Of a stretch of 64,000 nt of DNA, positions 30,275-39,256 are shown piece after piece (within the stretch, counting starts at the first letter, position 1; each line of letters begins with the position of its first letter). This DNA is from Cyanobacteria bacterium J06626_4 (GTDB lineage Bacteria > Cyanobacteriota > Cyanobacteriia > Phormidesmidales > Phormidesmidaceae). The notes beneath the pieces are model-generated. The model was not told where the DNA came from. It ran no database searches and saw only the letters and a list, made by a program, of their open reading frames with translations. The position numbers and the translations under genes were made by a program. Where the stretch lies: NCBI GenBank assembly GCA_038523235.1, contig JBCBJQ010000010.1, positions 1 to 64,000 of the forward strand. Direction: 5' to 3'.

Positions 30275-31126
30275 ATGCTGAAAAAACGATTGATTTACGT
30301 CACGGGCTTACCTCGGTCGGGTTCAACGCTGCTGTGTCAGCTTTTAGCCCACCACCCCGAGCTTTATTGCCCCGGCCACAGTTCACCCCTGTGTCAAACC
30401 CTGGTGGGGCTGCGTCAGCATCTCAGTGACAACGACTTTCTGCGTGCCCAGCTTGATGTCGAGTTTGACCTCGTCTATCAGCGCTTGATGAATGCCTTTC
30501 AAGGCTTTATGAATGGCTGGTTTGAGGAAACCGACAAAGAGTGGGTAGTGGATAAAAATCGCGGCTGGCTCAACCATATTGAAACGGTGGCTCAGCTTGA
30601 CCCCAACTTTCGCATGGTGGTGTGCGTGCGAGAACTGGGGCAAATCGTGGGCTCGATCGAGGCGCAGCACCAAAAGACGATTTTGCTCGATTTCCCCGAT
30701 CATCTGGCCAACCTATCGCGGTATGGTCGGGCCGATAAGCTATTTGCCGACACGGGGGTCGTGGGCGGACCACTAGGCTCTCTCGAAGCACTGCAAGACA
30801 TCAGCTCCCAACTACAAGAGCGACTTTACTACGTGGTGTTTGAGCATCTCATGCAAGAACCGGTATCCGTCATGCAAGGCGTTTACGACTGGCTGCAACT
30901 CCCCAAAGCCGAGTTTGACCCGCAAAATCTCACGGTCAAACCCCACGAGAGCGATAGCTACTACCGCTTTAAATATCCCCACGCGACCCGCACGGCCATT
31001 GCAGCCCCTCAGCCCCATGCCATCCCACCGCGCATTCAGCAGCAGTTGCAGCAGAAATATGCCTGGTTTTACCAGACCTTTTATCCGGGTCTGTTGCCGC
31101 AACCCAAAGCGGAGTCGGCATCATGA
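30275..31126 (+). CDS. PAPS-dependent sulfotransferase (Sulfotransfer_3/TPST-like)
   Basis: 5'-PSB motif GLPRSGSTLL..LAHHP, VDKN, VR....IV.S 3'-PB motif; ATG 30275. Confidence 0.85.
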   Translation: MLKKRLIYVTGLPRSGSTLLCQLLAHHPELYCPGHSSPLCQTLVGLRQHLSDNDFLRAQLDVEFDLVYQRLMNAFQGFMNGWFEETDKEWVVDKNRGWLNHIETVAQLDPNFRMVVCVRELGQIVGSIEAQHQKTILLDFPDHLANLSRYGRADKLFADTGVVGGPLGSLEALQDISSQLQERLYYVVFEHLMQEPVSVMQGVYDWLQLPKAEFDPQNLTVKPHESDSYYRFKYPHATRTAIAAPQPHAIPPRIQQQLQQKYAWFYQTFYPGLLPQPKAESAS

Positions 31127-31821
31127 TGCAGTCTGTCCCCGTCTTCCATGAGAGTCGCCATCTGCAATTGCGCCGCACGGTACCCAACGATGCCGAAATT
31201 TTGTATGAACGGGGCTTTAGTCAGCGAGAGTTTATGCGCCTATTTCGGCTGAATGATGTACCGACGAGTGCCGCTACGGTACACAAACAGTTAGTACAGC
31301 GACAGCAAATCCCCCCCCAGCAAGAAACTTATCTTGAGCTGATGATCGTGCATCGTCGCCACGGCCCCATCGGCCTCTGCGCCTTGGCCGACCACTCATC
31401 TTTGCATCGTCGCGCCGAATACCTCGTGGGTTTGTTTGAAACTTCGCGACGACAACTGAGCTATGGCGTTGAAGCTGGACTGATGTTAGGTGACTTGGCT
31501 TTTAATGGTTACAACCTGAACAAGCTTTACGCTTCGACCTATGCCTACAACCGACCGGCACAAAAAGTGCTGGAGAGCGGTGGGTTTCAGCTAGAGGGGT
31601 GCTGCCGTGAGCATATATTTGACCGAGTGACTCAACAGTTTGTCGATTTGCACAACTACGGTTTAACCGTCAGTCATTTTCGGCAATACCAGCGTTTAGC
31701 GCCGCTTTCCTTACGGCTATTAGGGCGTGACATCACTGTGCCCTCGACGCCCCCGAGCTTTCAAGCTCGAGATAAAAGTGCCCCTGTAAAATCTGGGACT
31801 CGTATTCTGAGATCGGTTTAG
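31123..31821 (+). CDS. GNAT N-acetyltransferase (RimJ/RimL-like)
   Basis: PIGLCAL, RRAEY.VG, AFN.YNLNKL, N..AQKVLESGGF..EG..REH; ATGA overlap with the sulfotransferase stop. Confidence 0.8.
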   Translation: MMQSVPVFHESRHLQLRRTVPNDAEILYERGFSQREFMRLFRLNDVPTSAATVHKQLVQRQQIPPQQETYLELMIVHRRHGPIGLCALADHSSLHRRAEYLVGLFETSRRQLSYGVEAGLMLGDLAFNGYNLNKLYASTYAYNRPAQKVLESGGFQLEGCCREHIFDRVTQQFVDLHNYGLTVSHFRQYQRLAPLSLRLLGRDITVPSTPPSFQARDKSAPVKSGTRILRSV

Positions 31822-31890
31822 CGACAGCATGATCTCCTCGTTGTCCTCGCCTCCTCAAGCTAGATCACCACACATCGCGACAGGACAACT

Positions 31891-32120
31891 AAACCCTGTC
31901 CCAGTTGAAAACTTTAGTTTCAAGTGCTAGTACCGACCTCTCCTCTCCTTACTGAAGGAGAGGAATCGGAGTCCTTGACTCCTTTCTCTAGAGGCAAAAT
32001 CAGGATTTCCCTAAACCTCTCCTTGTGTTGGCGAAGCCTGCCCAAAAGGCTTAGGAGAGGTGCCGCAGGCGGTGAGGTTTTCTGAACTTAAAACTCCAGG
32101 TCTGACTCTGAACGGGGTTT
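31891..32120. mobile_element. MITE-like element carrying CCTCTCCT...AGGAGAGG REP-like palindromes
   Basis: Imperfect terminal inverted repeats AAACCCTGTCC / GAACGGGGTTT with TA at both borders; internal CCTCTCCTTACTGAAGGAGAGG. Confidence 0.55.
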
Positions 32121-32424
32121 ATCAACAAAATTTTCCCTGATTTAAAACCGATCGCGCTTGACCGCTGTACCGATAACAGGGCTGCGTTCGTGCGCCGATT
32201 TTTAGGCGCATCCTCCTGAACGTTTGGCCCGGTGAGAACAGATCAATTTCTGGCAAGGTCTACCGCCTTGCTGCCTCTAGCTCGGTTGCATCCACCATTT
32301 TGATTTCTGAAATGCCAAAGGAACGGCAGGCGATCGCCCCCGGCTCACTCACTAGCCCGCGATGCTTTTTCCCGTCTGCCTTTGGGCATCTCTCTTTGCC
32401 CCTTTACGAGACAAATTCTTAATC

Positions 32425-34392
32425 ATGGCAAACTTTAACGTTACCCAAGCAACCGACAATGGCCTCGGCGATACCGAAGGCACCCTGAGTTGGGCCATTT
32501 TGCAGGCCAACACCGATGGCGAAACGCTGAATAGCGGCGACCCCACCGGCAGCGACGACACCATCACCCTGCAAACCAACATACAGATTGATGGCGTGAT
32601 GACCACCCTGCTAAACAGCAACATCGAGATCATCGGCAACGGCTTTACCATCGACGGTGACAGCAGCACCGACGCGGATACCGACGGCGACTTTCGTCCC
32701 CTGTTTGTCAAATCGGGCACCGTGACCCTTAATAACCTCACAGTTACCAATGGCTTAGCAAAAGGCGGTGATGCCGGGGTGGACGGTGGCGGCGGGGCCG
32801 GGATGGGGGGCGGACTCTTTATCTATGATGGCGATGTCACCCTGAATAACGTCACCTTTGACCAGAACCAAGCCGTGGGTGGTAACACTGGCGATGGCGG
32901 CAACAATAGCGATTACGGCTCTGGTGGCGGCGGGATGTATGGCAATAGTAACGGTTATGGTGGCGGTGGCCTATTTGCCAGTAGTGCCGATAATGCGGGA
33001 GCCTACGGCGGCAATGGCAACTATCGGACGGGTGCGCCTAGCGACTTTGGCGGCGGTGGTGACTACAACCCCAATGGAACTGGGGGCGCTGGCGGCTTTG
33101 GCGGTGGCGGCGGTAAGGGCTACGGCGGGAATGGTGGCGCTGGCGGCTTCGGGGGTGGCGGTGGCTATGGCTATAGCTTCGGTGATGCTGATGGTGGCTT
33201 TGGCGGTTATGGCGGTGGCGGTGGCGACCGCAGCGGTGATGGTGCCATTGGCCTAGCTGGCTTTGGCGGCGGTGATGGTGACAATATTGATGGCGGCAGT
33301 GGTGCGGGCCTGGGGGGGGCCGTTTTTGTTCGCAGCGGCTCCTTAGAGATCATCAATAGCAGCTTTACCAACAACACGGCGACCGGCGGCACAGGCGGAG
33401 CCAATGACGGTCAGGGGCTGGGTGGGGCCATCTTTGCCATGCAGTCCACCACGAACGTCAATGGCAATAATCAAGGCATGCCGACGACATTGCCCACGGT
33501 CACTACGGCAGATAACGTGATCTTTTCGGGCAACACGGCGGGCGATGCCAATGGCAACACGGGGCTCAACGGCCTCGGTGCGGGGCAAGACAACAACGAC
33601 ATCTTCGGCACGATTACGCCAAATTCAGACCTGGCAGTCTTTACCTTTGAGCAGTTCGCCCAGTTCCAAGCGGTGGATAATGGCCAACTAGCAGCCAGTA
33701 ACTCCCCCTTCCTCAATCAGGAAATTGGCGGCCTGCAACTTGCCGAACTCTTTGATGAAACCGAGTATCTGGCGGAAAATGCGGACGTTGCTGGTGCTGT
33801 GGCACAGGGCATTTTTGCCACCGGCTTTGACCATTTTGTGCGCTTTGGTATTGATGAAGGCCGTAACCCCAGTGACTATTTTGACGAAGCCTTTTATCTC
33901 GAAAACAATGCCGATGTAGCGGCGGCGGTCAATGATGGCAACTTCAGCAGCGGCTTGGCCCACTATCTCAACTTCGGTCATTTCGAAAACCGTGACCCCA
34001 GTGCGTTGTTTGATGCCAGCGATTATTTGCTAAACAATCCTGATGTCGCCGCCGCTGTCGACAACGGCGCTTTAGCCAGTGGCTTTGAGCACTTTATCGA
34101 GTTTGGCGATGACGAAGGTCGGCTCTCGACTCTGCTGTTTGAAGAGACATTTTATCTGCAGCAAAACGCGGATGTGGCGGCAGCGGTGCAGGCAGGCATC
34201 TTCGACAGTGGCTTTGAGCATTTCATCAGCTTTGGCCAAAAAGAGAACCGCGACCCGTCGAATTTCTTTGATGAGGCCACTTATCTGAATGGCAATGGCG
34301 ATGTGGCAGCAGCGGTGCAGGCCGGAGCGTTCTCTAGCGGCTTTGAGCACTTCGTCCTGTTTGGTCGCACTGAAGGGCGAGTGGCAGTGTAG
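32425..34392 (+). CDS. Glycine-rich putative extracellular protein with C-terminal FD(E/A)..YL..N.DVAAAV repeats (copy 1)
   Basis: Beta-helix-like N-terminus, GGGGG/GGFGGG core, about six ~35-aa C-terminal repeats, no Sec signal peptide; ATG 32425. Confidence 0.85.
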   Translation: MANFNVTQATDNGLGDTEGTLSWAILQANTDGETLNSGDPTGSDDTITLQTNIQIDGVMTTLLNSNIEIIGNGFTIDGDSSTDADTDGDFRPLFVKSGTVTLNNLTVTNGLAKGGDAGVDGGGGAGMGGGLFIYDGDVTLNNVTFDQNQAVGGNTGDGGNNSDYGSGGGGMYGNSNGYGGGGLFASSADNAGAYGGNGNYRTGAPSDFGGGGDYNPNGTGGAGGFGGGGGKGYGGNGGAGGFGGGGGYGYSFGDADGGFGGYGGGGGDRSGDGAIGLAGFGGGDGDNIDGGSGAGLGGAVFVRSGSLEIINSSFTNNTATGGTGGANDGQGLGGAIFAMQSTTNVNGNNQGMPTTLPTVTTADNVIFSGNTAGDANGNTGLNGLGAGQDNNDIFGTITPNSDLAVFTFEQFAQFQAVDNGQLAASNSPFLNQEIGGLQLAELFDETEYLAENADVAGAVAQGIFATGFDHFVRFGIDEGRNPSDYFDEAFYLENNADVAAAVNDGNFSSGLAHYLNFGHFENRDPSALFDASDYLLNNPDVAAAVDNGALASGFEHFIEFGDDEGRLSTLLFEETFYLQQNADVAAAVQAGIFDSGFEHFISFGQKENRDPSNFFDEATYLNGNGDVAAAVQAGAFSSGFEHFVLFGRTEGRVAV

Positions 34393-34774
34393 CCAACTGA
34401 CTTAGGGACGGTTGATTCCCTTTGGCAAGGCTGTACCTACACTCTGCTCTGTCCATATCTACCTCAGAGAATTTTCCATGATTTAAGACCAGTTGGGCGT
34501 AAACGCTGTTCTGTTACTAGTACAGCGTTTACGCGACTGCGACTTGAGATCATCACTCTTAACACTTTACCTAGTTGTTACTACAAGTTTCTGGAAAGGT
34601 TTACCGCCTGTTTGAATCTAGTTTCGTGCATTAACTATCCTGACGGCTTGAATGCAAAAGGCGCGGGTGCCCCTCACCTAGCCAGCATTGGCGATCGCCC
34701 CCGACCTGCAATGCCGTCTCCTGTTTGCATGGGTGCATCCCTCTCTAAGCCCCCTCTACAAGAGATTTTTTACT

Positions 34775-36781
34775 ATGGCAAACTTTAATGTTACTCAAGC
34801 AATTGACAATGGCCTCGGCGATACCGAAGGTACCCTGAGCTGGGCCATCTTGCAGGCCAATACCGATGGCGAAACGCTCAATAGCGGTGACCCTACAGGC
34901 AACGACGACACCATCATCCTGCAAACCGACGTACAGATTGATGGGGTGATGACCACGCTGCTGAACAGCAACATTGAGATCATCGGCAACGGCTTCACCA
35001 TCAACGGCGACAGCAGCATCGACGCTGACACCGACGGCGACTTTCGCCCCCTATTTGTGAAATCGGGCACGGTGACCCTGAGCAACCTCACCGTCACCGA
35101 CGGCTTGGCCCAAGGCGGCAGTAGCGAGCGGGGCGGCGGCGGGGCCGGCATGGGTGGCGGGCTGTTTATCTATGACGGCGATGTCACCCTCAATAACGTC
35201 ACCTTTAACAACAACGCGGCGATCGGTGGCAGCACCGGCGACTTGTATGGCGACGACGGGGGCGGTGGCCTATACGGCAATGGCAGCGGCAACGGTGGTG
35301 GCGGCCTGTTTGCCAGCTCCAGTGGTAATGATGGAGCCTACGGCGGCAACGGTAACTATGGTGGCTTTAGTGGACTCAGCAATGCAATCACTATCGGCAT
35401 CGGCAACGACATCAGCGATGGCGGCTTTGGCGGCGGCGGCGGCTTCAGCAATGACGGCGGCGACGGCGGCTTCGGCGGCGGCGGGAGCAGCAGCAGCGTA
35501 TTATTCGGGACTGGCGGTTACGGCGGCTTTGGCGGCGGTGGCGGCTTCGGTGGGGGCGACGGCGTCGGCGGCCAAGGCGGCTTCGGCGGTGGTGGAGGCG
35601 GCGGTGGCTTTGGTGGCGGCTTCGGTGGTTTCGGTGGCGGCTACGGTAGCTTTGGCAACGGCGACATTGGCGGCGGGGCAGGCGCGGGCCTAGGCGGGGC
35701 CATTTTTGTCCGCAGTGGTTCCCTGGCGATTATTAATAGCAGCTTTACCAACAATACGGCTACAGGTGGTATCGCCACCGGCGTTGGCGGCAACGGTCAG
35801 GGCTTGGGCGGGGCCATTTTTACGATTACCCCCGCAGCGCTTGTCACTAATACCAACAATCAGGGCGAGCCGAGTGCTCTGCCCACAGTCACTACGGCAG
35901 GCAATGTCCTCTTCTCCGGTAACACGGCGAGTGAGGCCAATGGCAACACCAGCCTCAACGGTGGTGGTGCGGAACAAAACAATAACGACATCTTCGGCAC
36001 GATTACGGCGAGTTCAGCATTCGCCATTTTTAGCTTTGAGCAGTTTGCCCAGTTTCAAGCGGTGGATAATGGCCAACTGGCGGCCAGTAACTCCCCCTTC
36101 CTTAATGTAGAAATTGGCGGCTTAGAACTGGCCGAACTCTTTGATGAAATCGAGTATCTGGCCCAAAATGCGGACGTCGCTGCCGCCGTTGACGGTGGGG
36201 CTTTTGCCACGGGCTTTGACCATTTTGTCCGCTTTGGCATCGATGAAGGTCGTAATCCCAGCGCCTACTTTGACGAAGCCTTTTATCTAGAAAATAATGC
36301 CGATATTCAAGCGGCGGTTGATAATGGCAGCCTCAGCAGCGGTCTAGCCCACTATCTCAACGTCGGTCACTTAGAAAATCGTGACCCCAGTGCGCTGTTT
36401 GATGCCAGCGATTATTTGCTCAACAATCCCGATGTCAGTGCGGCTGTCGACAACGGCGCTTTAGCCAGTGGCTTTGAGCACTTTATCGAGTTTGGTAATG
36501 ATGAAGGGCGGCTCTCGACCCTGCTGTTTGAAGAGGCGTTTTATCTGCAGCAAAACGCGGATGTGGCGGCAGCGGTACAGGCAGGTGTGTTTGACAGTGG
36601 GTTTGAGCATTTCATCAGCTTTGGCCAAAAAGAGAACCGTGACCCGTCGAATTTCTTTGATGAGGCCACTTATCTAAATAGCAATGGCGATGTCGCGGCA
36701 GCGGTGCAGGCGGGCGCGTTCTCTAGCGGCTTTGAGCATTTCGTCCTGTTTGGTCGCACTGAGGGGCGAGTGGCCGTTTAA
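34775..36781 (+). CDS. Glycine-rich putative extracellular protein (copy 2, tandem paralog)
   Basis: N- and C-terminal domains nearly identical to copy 1, different Gly-rich core; ATG 34775. Confidence 0.85.
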   Translation: MANFNVTQAIDNGLGDTEGTLSWAILQANTDGETLNSGDPTGNDDTIILQTDVQIDGVMTTLLNSNIEIIGNGFTINGDSSIDADTDGDFRPLFVKSGTVTLSNLTVTDGLAQGGSSERGGGGAGMGGGLFIYDGDVTLNNVTFNNNAAIGGSTGDLYGDDGGGGLYGNGSGNGGGGLFASSSGNDGAYGGNGNYGGFSGLSNAITIGIGNDISDGGFGGGGGFSNDGGDGGFGGGGSSSSVLFGTGGYGGFGGGGGFGGGDGVGGQGGFGGGGGGGGFGGGFGGFGGGYGSFGNGDIGGGAGAGLGGAIFVRSGSLAIINSSFTNNTATGGIATGVGGNGQGLGGAIFTITPAALVTNTNNQGEPSALPTVTTAGNVLFSGNTASEANGNTSLNGGGAEQNNNDIFGTITASSAFAIFSFEQFAQFQAVDNGQLAASNSPFLNVEIGGLELAELFDEIEYLAQNADVAAAVDGGAFATGFDHFVRFGIDEGRNPSAYFDEAFYLENNADIQAAVDNGSLSSGLAHYLNVGHLENRDPSALFDASDYLLNNPDVSAAVDNGALASGFEHFIEFGNDEGRLSTLLFEEAFYLQQNADVAAAVQAGVFDSGFEHFISFGQKENRDPSNFFDEATYLNSNGDVAAAVQAGAFSSGFEHFVLFGRTEGRVAV

Positions 36782-36928
36782 GCAGAGCCGGGGAGTTTTG
36801 AGGGCCTAGCCCCAACATCGCATCCCGCGATCGCACGGGTTGGGCTACTAACCCCTGACCAAAAATTATCTATCGGGGAGATACTGAGACAGATCTAATA
36901 CATCTATTGATTTTAAGGATGTCGATCA

Positions 36929-37336
36929 ATGCTGAAGCAAGTCAGGCAACTGATGGCCTACGCGGTCATCGCAACTGGGGCCGGATTAGCCAATTTCACC
37001 TTGGCTAACCCAGCTAACGCCGAAGTCACGATCGCGTACTGCGACGCGGAAGCTTATGCCGTCAATGTGTATCGAGAAGGCGACCCCGAAGCACCCGATA
37101 GCGAACTCAAAATCCGCATTTTCTGGCGAGAAAAAGCGATCGTTTTCCTGGATGTTCCGGCCATCCGCGAGCCTAATCCCGAAGGCTACAACTATAGCAA
37201 TCAGTTCGGCGAAAACGAGTGGACCCTGTTTGTGCCCAACAGTGAGGCATCCGCTTGCTCTTTGTCGAGGGATGGTGAGGTGGTCACCAATGGCGAGGTG
37301 ACGCAGCGAGAACCGTCGAGTACTGGCGGAGTTTAG
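36929..37336 (+). CDS. Secreted hypothetical protein
   Basis: Signal peptide ending PANA|E, two Cys. Confidence 0.7.
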   Translation: MLKQVRQLMAYAVIATGAGLANFTLANPANAEVTIAYCDAEAYAVNVYREGDPEAPDSELKIRIFWREKAIVFLDVPAIREPNPEGYNYSNQFGENEWTLFVPNSEASACSLSRDGEVVTNGEVTQREPSSTGGV

Positions 37337-37472
37337 AAAAGTCTCGCCGGTACCGGCTTATACCTTTTGGCCAGACGGACACGTCATCATGGACAGCGAG
37401 ATCGCAATTGCGGGGCGTAATCGCGTGTCTGCTAAGTCAGTAAAATAAATACAGCCTTATGGCCTACAGATC

Positions 37473-37706
37473 ATGAACTCGACTACTAGTTTGCTTGCCC
37501 GCATAACCCAAACTCCTGGCCAATGTGGAGGTCGTCCTTGTATCCGAGGGATGCGAATTCGAGTCACTGATATTCTCGAAATGCTGGCAGAAAACGTTAG
37601 CATTACCGAAATTCTGGAAGATTTTCCCGACCTTGAGCAAGCGGATATCTAAGCTTGTTTGCTCTTTGCCGCTCGCCGCACTGATTTTCCCAGACTAGCG
37701 GCGTGA
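37473..37706 (+). pseudogene. DUF433 antitoxin pseudogene
   Basis: MNSTTSLLARITQTPGQCGGRPCIRGMRIRVTDILEMLA...EDFPDLEQADI*ACLLFAARRTDFPRLAA; in-frame TAA at 37650-37652. Confidence 0.85.
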
Positions 37707-37723
37707 AAATTTGGGTTGATGCT
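37703..37723 (+). pseudogene. N-terminal remnant of a DUF5615/PIN-like toxin
   Basis: GTG overlapping the antitoxin stop (GTGA) encodes MKIWVDA, then similarity is lost. Confidence 0.5.
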
Positions 37724-37835
37724 CTACATCCGAAGGGCATTTTCTTCTTTCATCATCTGCTACGCATAAAGCGGTATCTATCAACCCAGAACAATTCTTT
37801 TCTGCAATGCCGTACCTCAATACTTGACCATAATC

Positions 37836-38990
37836 CTAATATTCCGCTAGCTTTTGTTGCTTGGGAACAATGAAGGAATTCGGACTAAAACGCCATGTCA
37901 TTCCCGAATCGACCAAGATATGAAACCAGTCTTCACCGTTAAATCGCTCCTTACGCAAAATAATTCCTGTTGTGTTGCTGGGTAAGCGTTCATTATTGAA
38001 GTGAGTTGATGGATTGACCTTGATCAGCGAACCGATATGAGGATCACAAGTCACACCATCGATGCTTTTGAGCAAAGCCTCCGATATAGCGAGAGCCCGT
38101 GCAGCTTCAAAAACGTTGATGGTGCTTGATTGGGATTTGTGTACGACGTGATTCCGAATTTCGGCAATCCTGGGTAGCCTCTTTCTTAGCTCTATTGGAA
38201 AGTTAAGGTCGCAAAGTTCGCAGGCAATCTCAACTAGGTCACGGAGTTGAGGGCTGGGCATTCTGTCTAGCATCCGCTCGACAAGAGAACTTTGGCTACT
38301 GAGATACGCCTTTATACCCGTTTCGATTGTAATTGCGGCCATGACAATCGATATGCCATACATTCCTTGCTCAAAGTTACTCCACGCAATGCTGAGATGC
38401 CTGTAAGCGATATTTGCTTCTTGTCCTTTACTCACGCTTTGAATGATATTCTCACAGTCAGCTTTACTGAGAATGCATTGCCTAGCCTCAACTTTTGGCA
38501 AGGGTATGGTTAATCCTTTATCGCGATAATTTCTGCGTGAGTTCTTGAACTCATCTATTTCTTGAATAGAGGCCAGTTCTTCTTCTGAGTAACGCCAATG
38601 GGCAACTGTCCATCTATTACTTGAATTTGAATGCAGAAGCGGAAGGCGTACACTCGGTAAACGTGCAGCGTGAGTCGATTTGCGTAAATGTCCGTCGAAA
38701 AAAATTGCTGATTCCCAGAAAGTCTTCTTCAAATCACGAAGAAAGTGGTGCGATATTGAAGTTATGTGATACCATTGAGGATTGGTGTCTGGATTGAGAC
38801 TGTGTACACCCTTGACGAGGTCCTCTCTGACGTCCTGTGGCACATCCCGTTCTATTTCTACAGAAAAACCAATAGGTGTCATGTACACCTTTGCGTGCTC
38901 ATTGAGCGGTACTACATAACGAGACTCTATGTTCTCGCGAGAAAAAAATATTCTCATCCCATAGTCAAGTTGGAGGTTGAATAGTCCCAT
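37836..38990 (-). CDS. Low-GC hypothetical protein with HEPN-like RxxxxH motif
   Basis: 384 aa; ISIVMAAITIETGIKAYL helix and IRNHVVH; visibly more AT-rich than flanks; no HIP1 octamer seen. Confidence 0.65.
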   Translation of the reverse strand: MGLFNLQLDYGMRIFFSRENIESRYVVPLNEHAKVYMTPIGFSVEIERDVPQDVREDLVKGVHSLNPDTNPQWYHITSISHHFLRDLKKTFWESAIFFDGHLRKSTHAARLPSVRLPLLHSNSSNRWTVAHWRYSEEELASIQEIDEFKNSRRNYRDKGLTIPLPKVEARQCILSKADCENIIQSVSKGQEANIAYRHLSIAWSNFEQGMYGISIVMAAITIETGIKAYLSSQSSLVERMLDRMPSPQLRDLVEIACELCDLNFPIELRKRLPRIAEIRNHVVHKSQSSTINVFEAARALAISEALLKSIDGVTCDPHIGSLIKVNPSTHFNNERLPSNTTGIILRKERFNGEDWFHILVDSGMTWRFSPNSFIVPKQQKLAEY

Positions 38991-39256
38991 TGCGATCTAT
39001 TGCTTGAACAGATGTCTTTGCGATCTGCCACTATCTAAGCGTAAAACTGAATACCACCACATGATTGCCGTGGGGTTGTTTAACGATCTCTCTGCTTCTT
39101 GGCCAGAGCTGCATCGTTACGAATCGCGGCAACACGTATCCGCCAGCAGCAAGTCGCCGTAGAATAATGCCGACTGTAGGCGATTTGGCGGTGGATGGCG
39201 CTGATTTTCTCTACAGTTGGCCTGTGAACTGCATTTTTGAGACTTGAGGATTCCCT

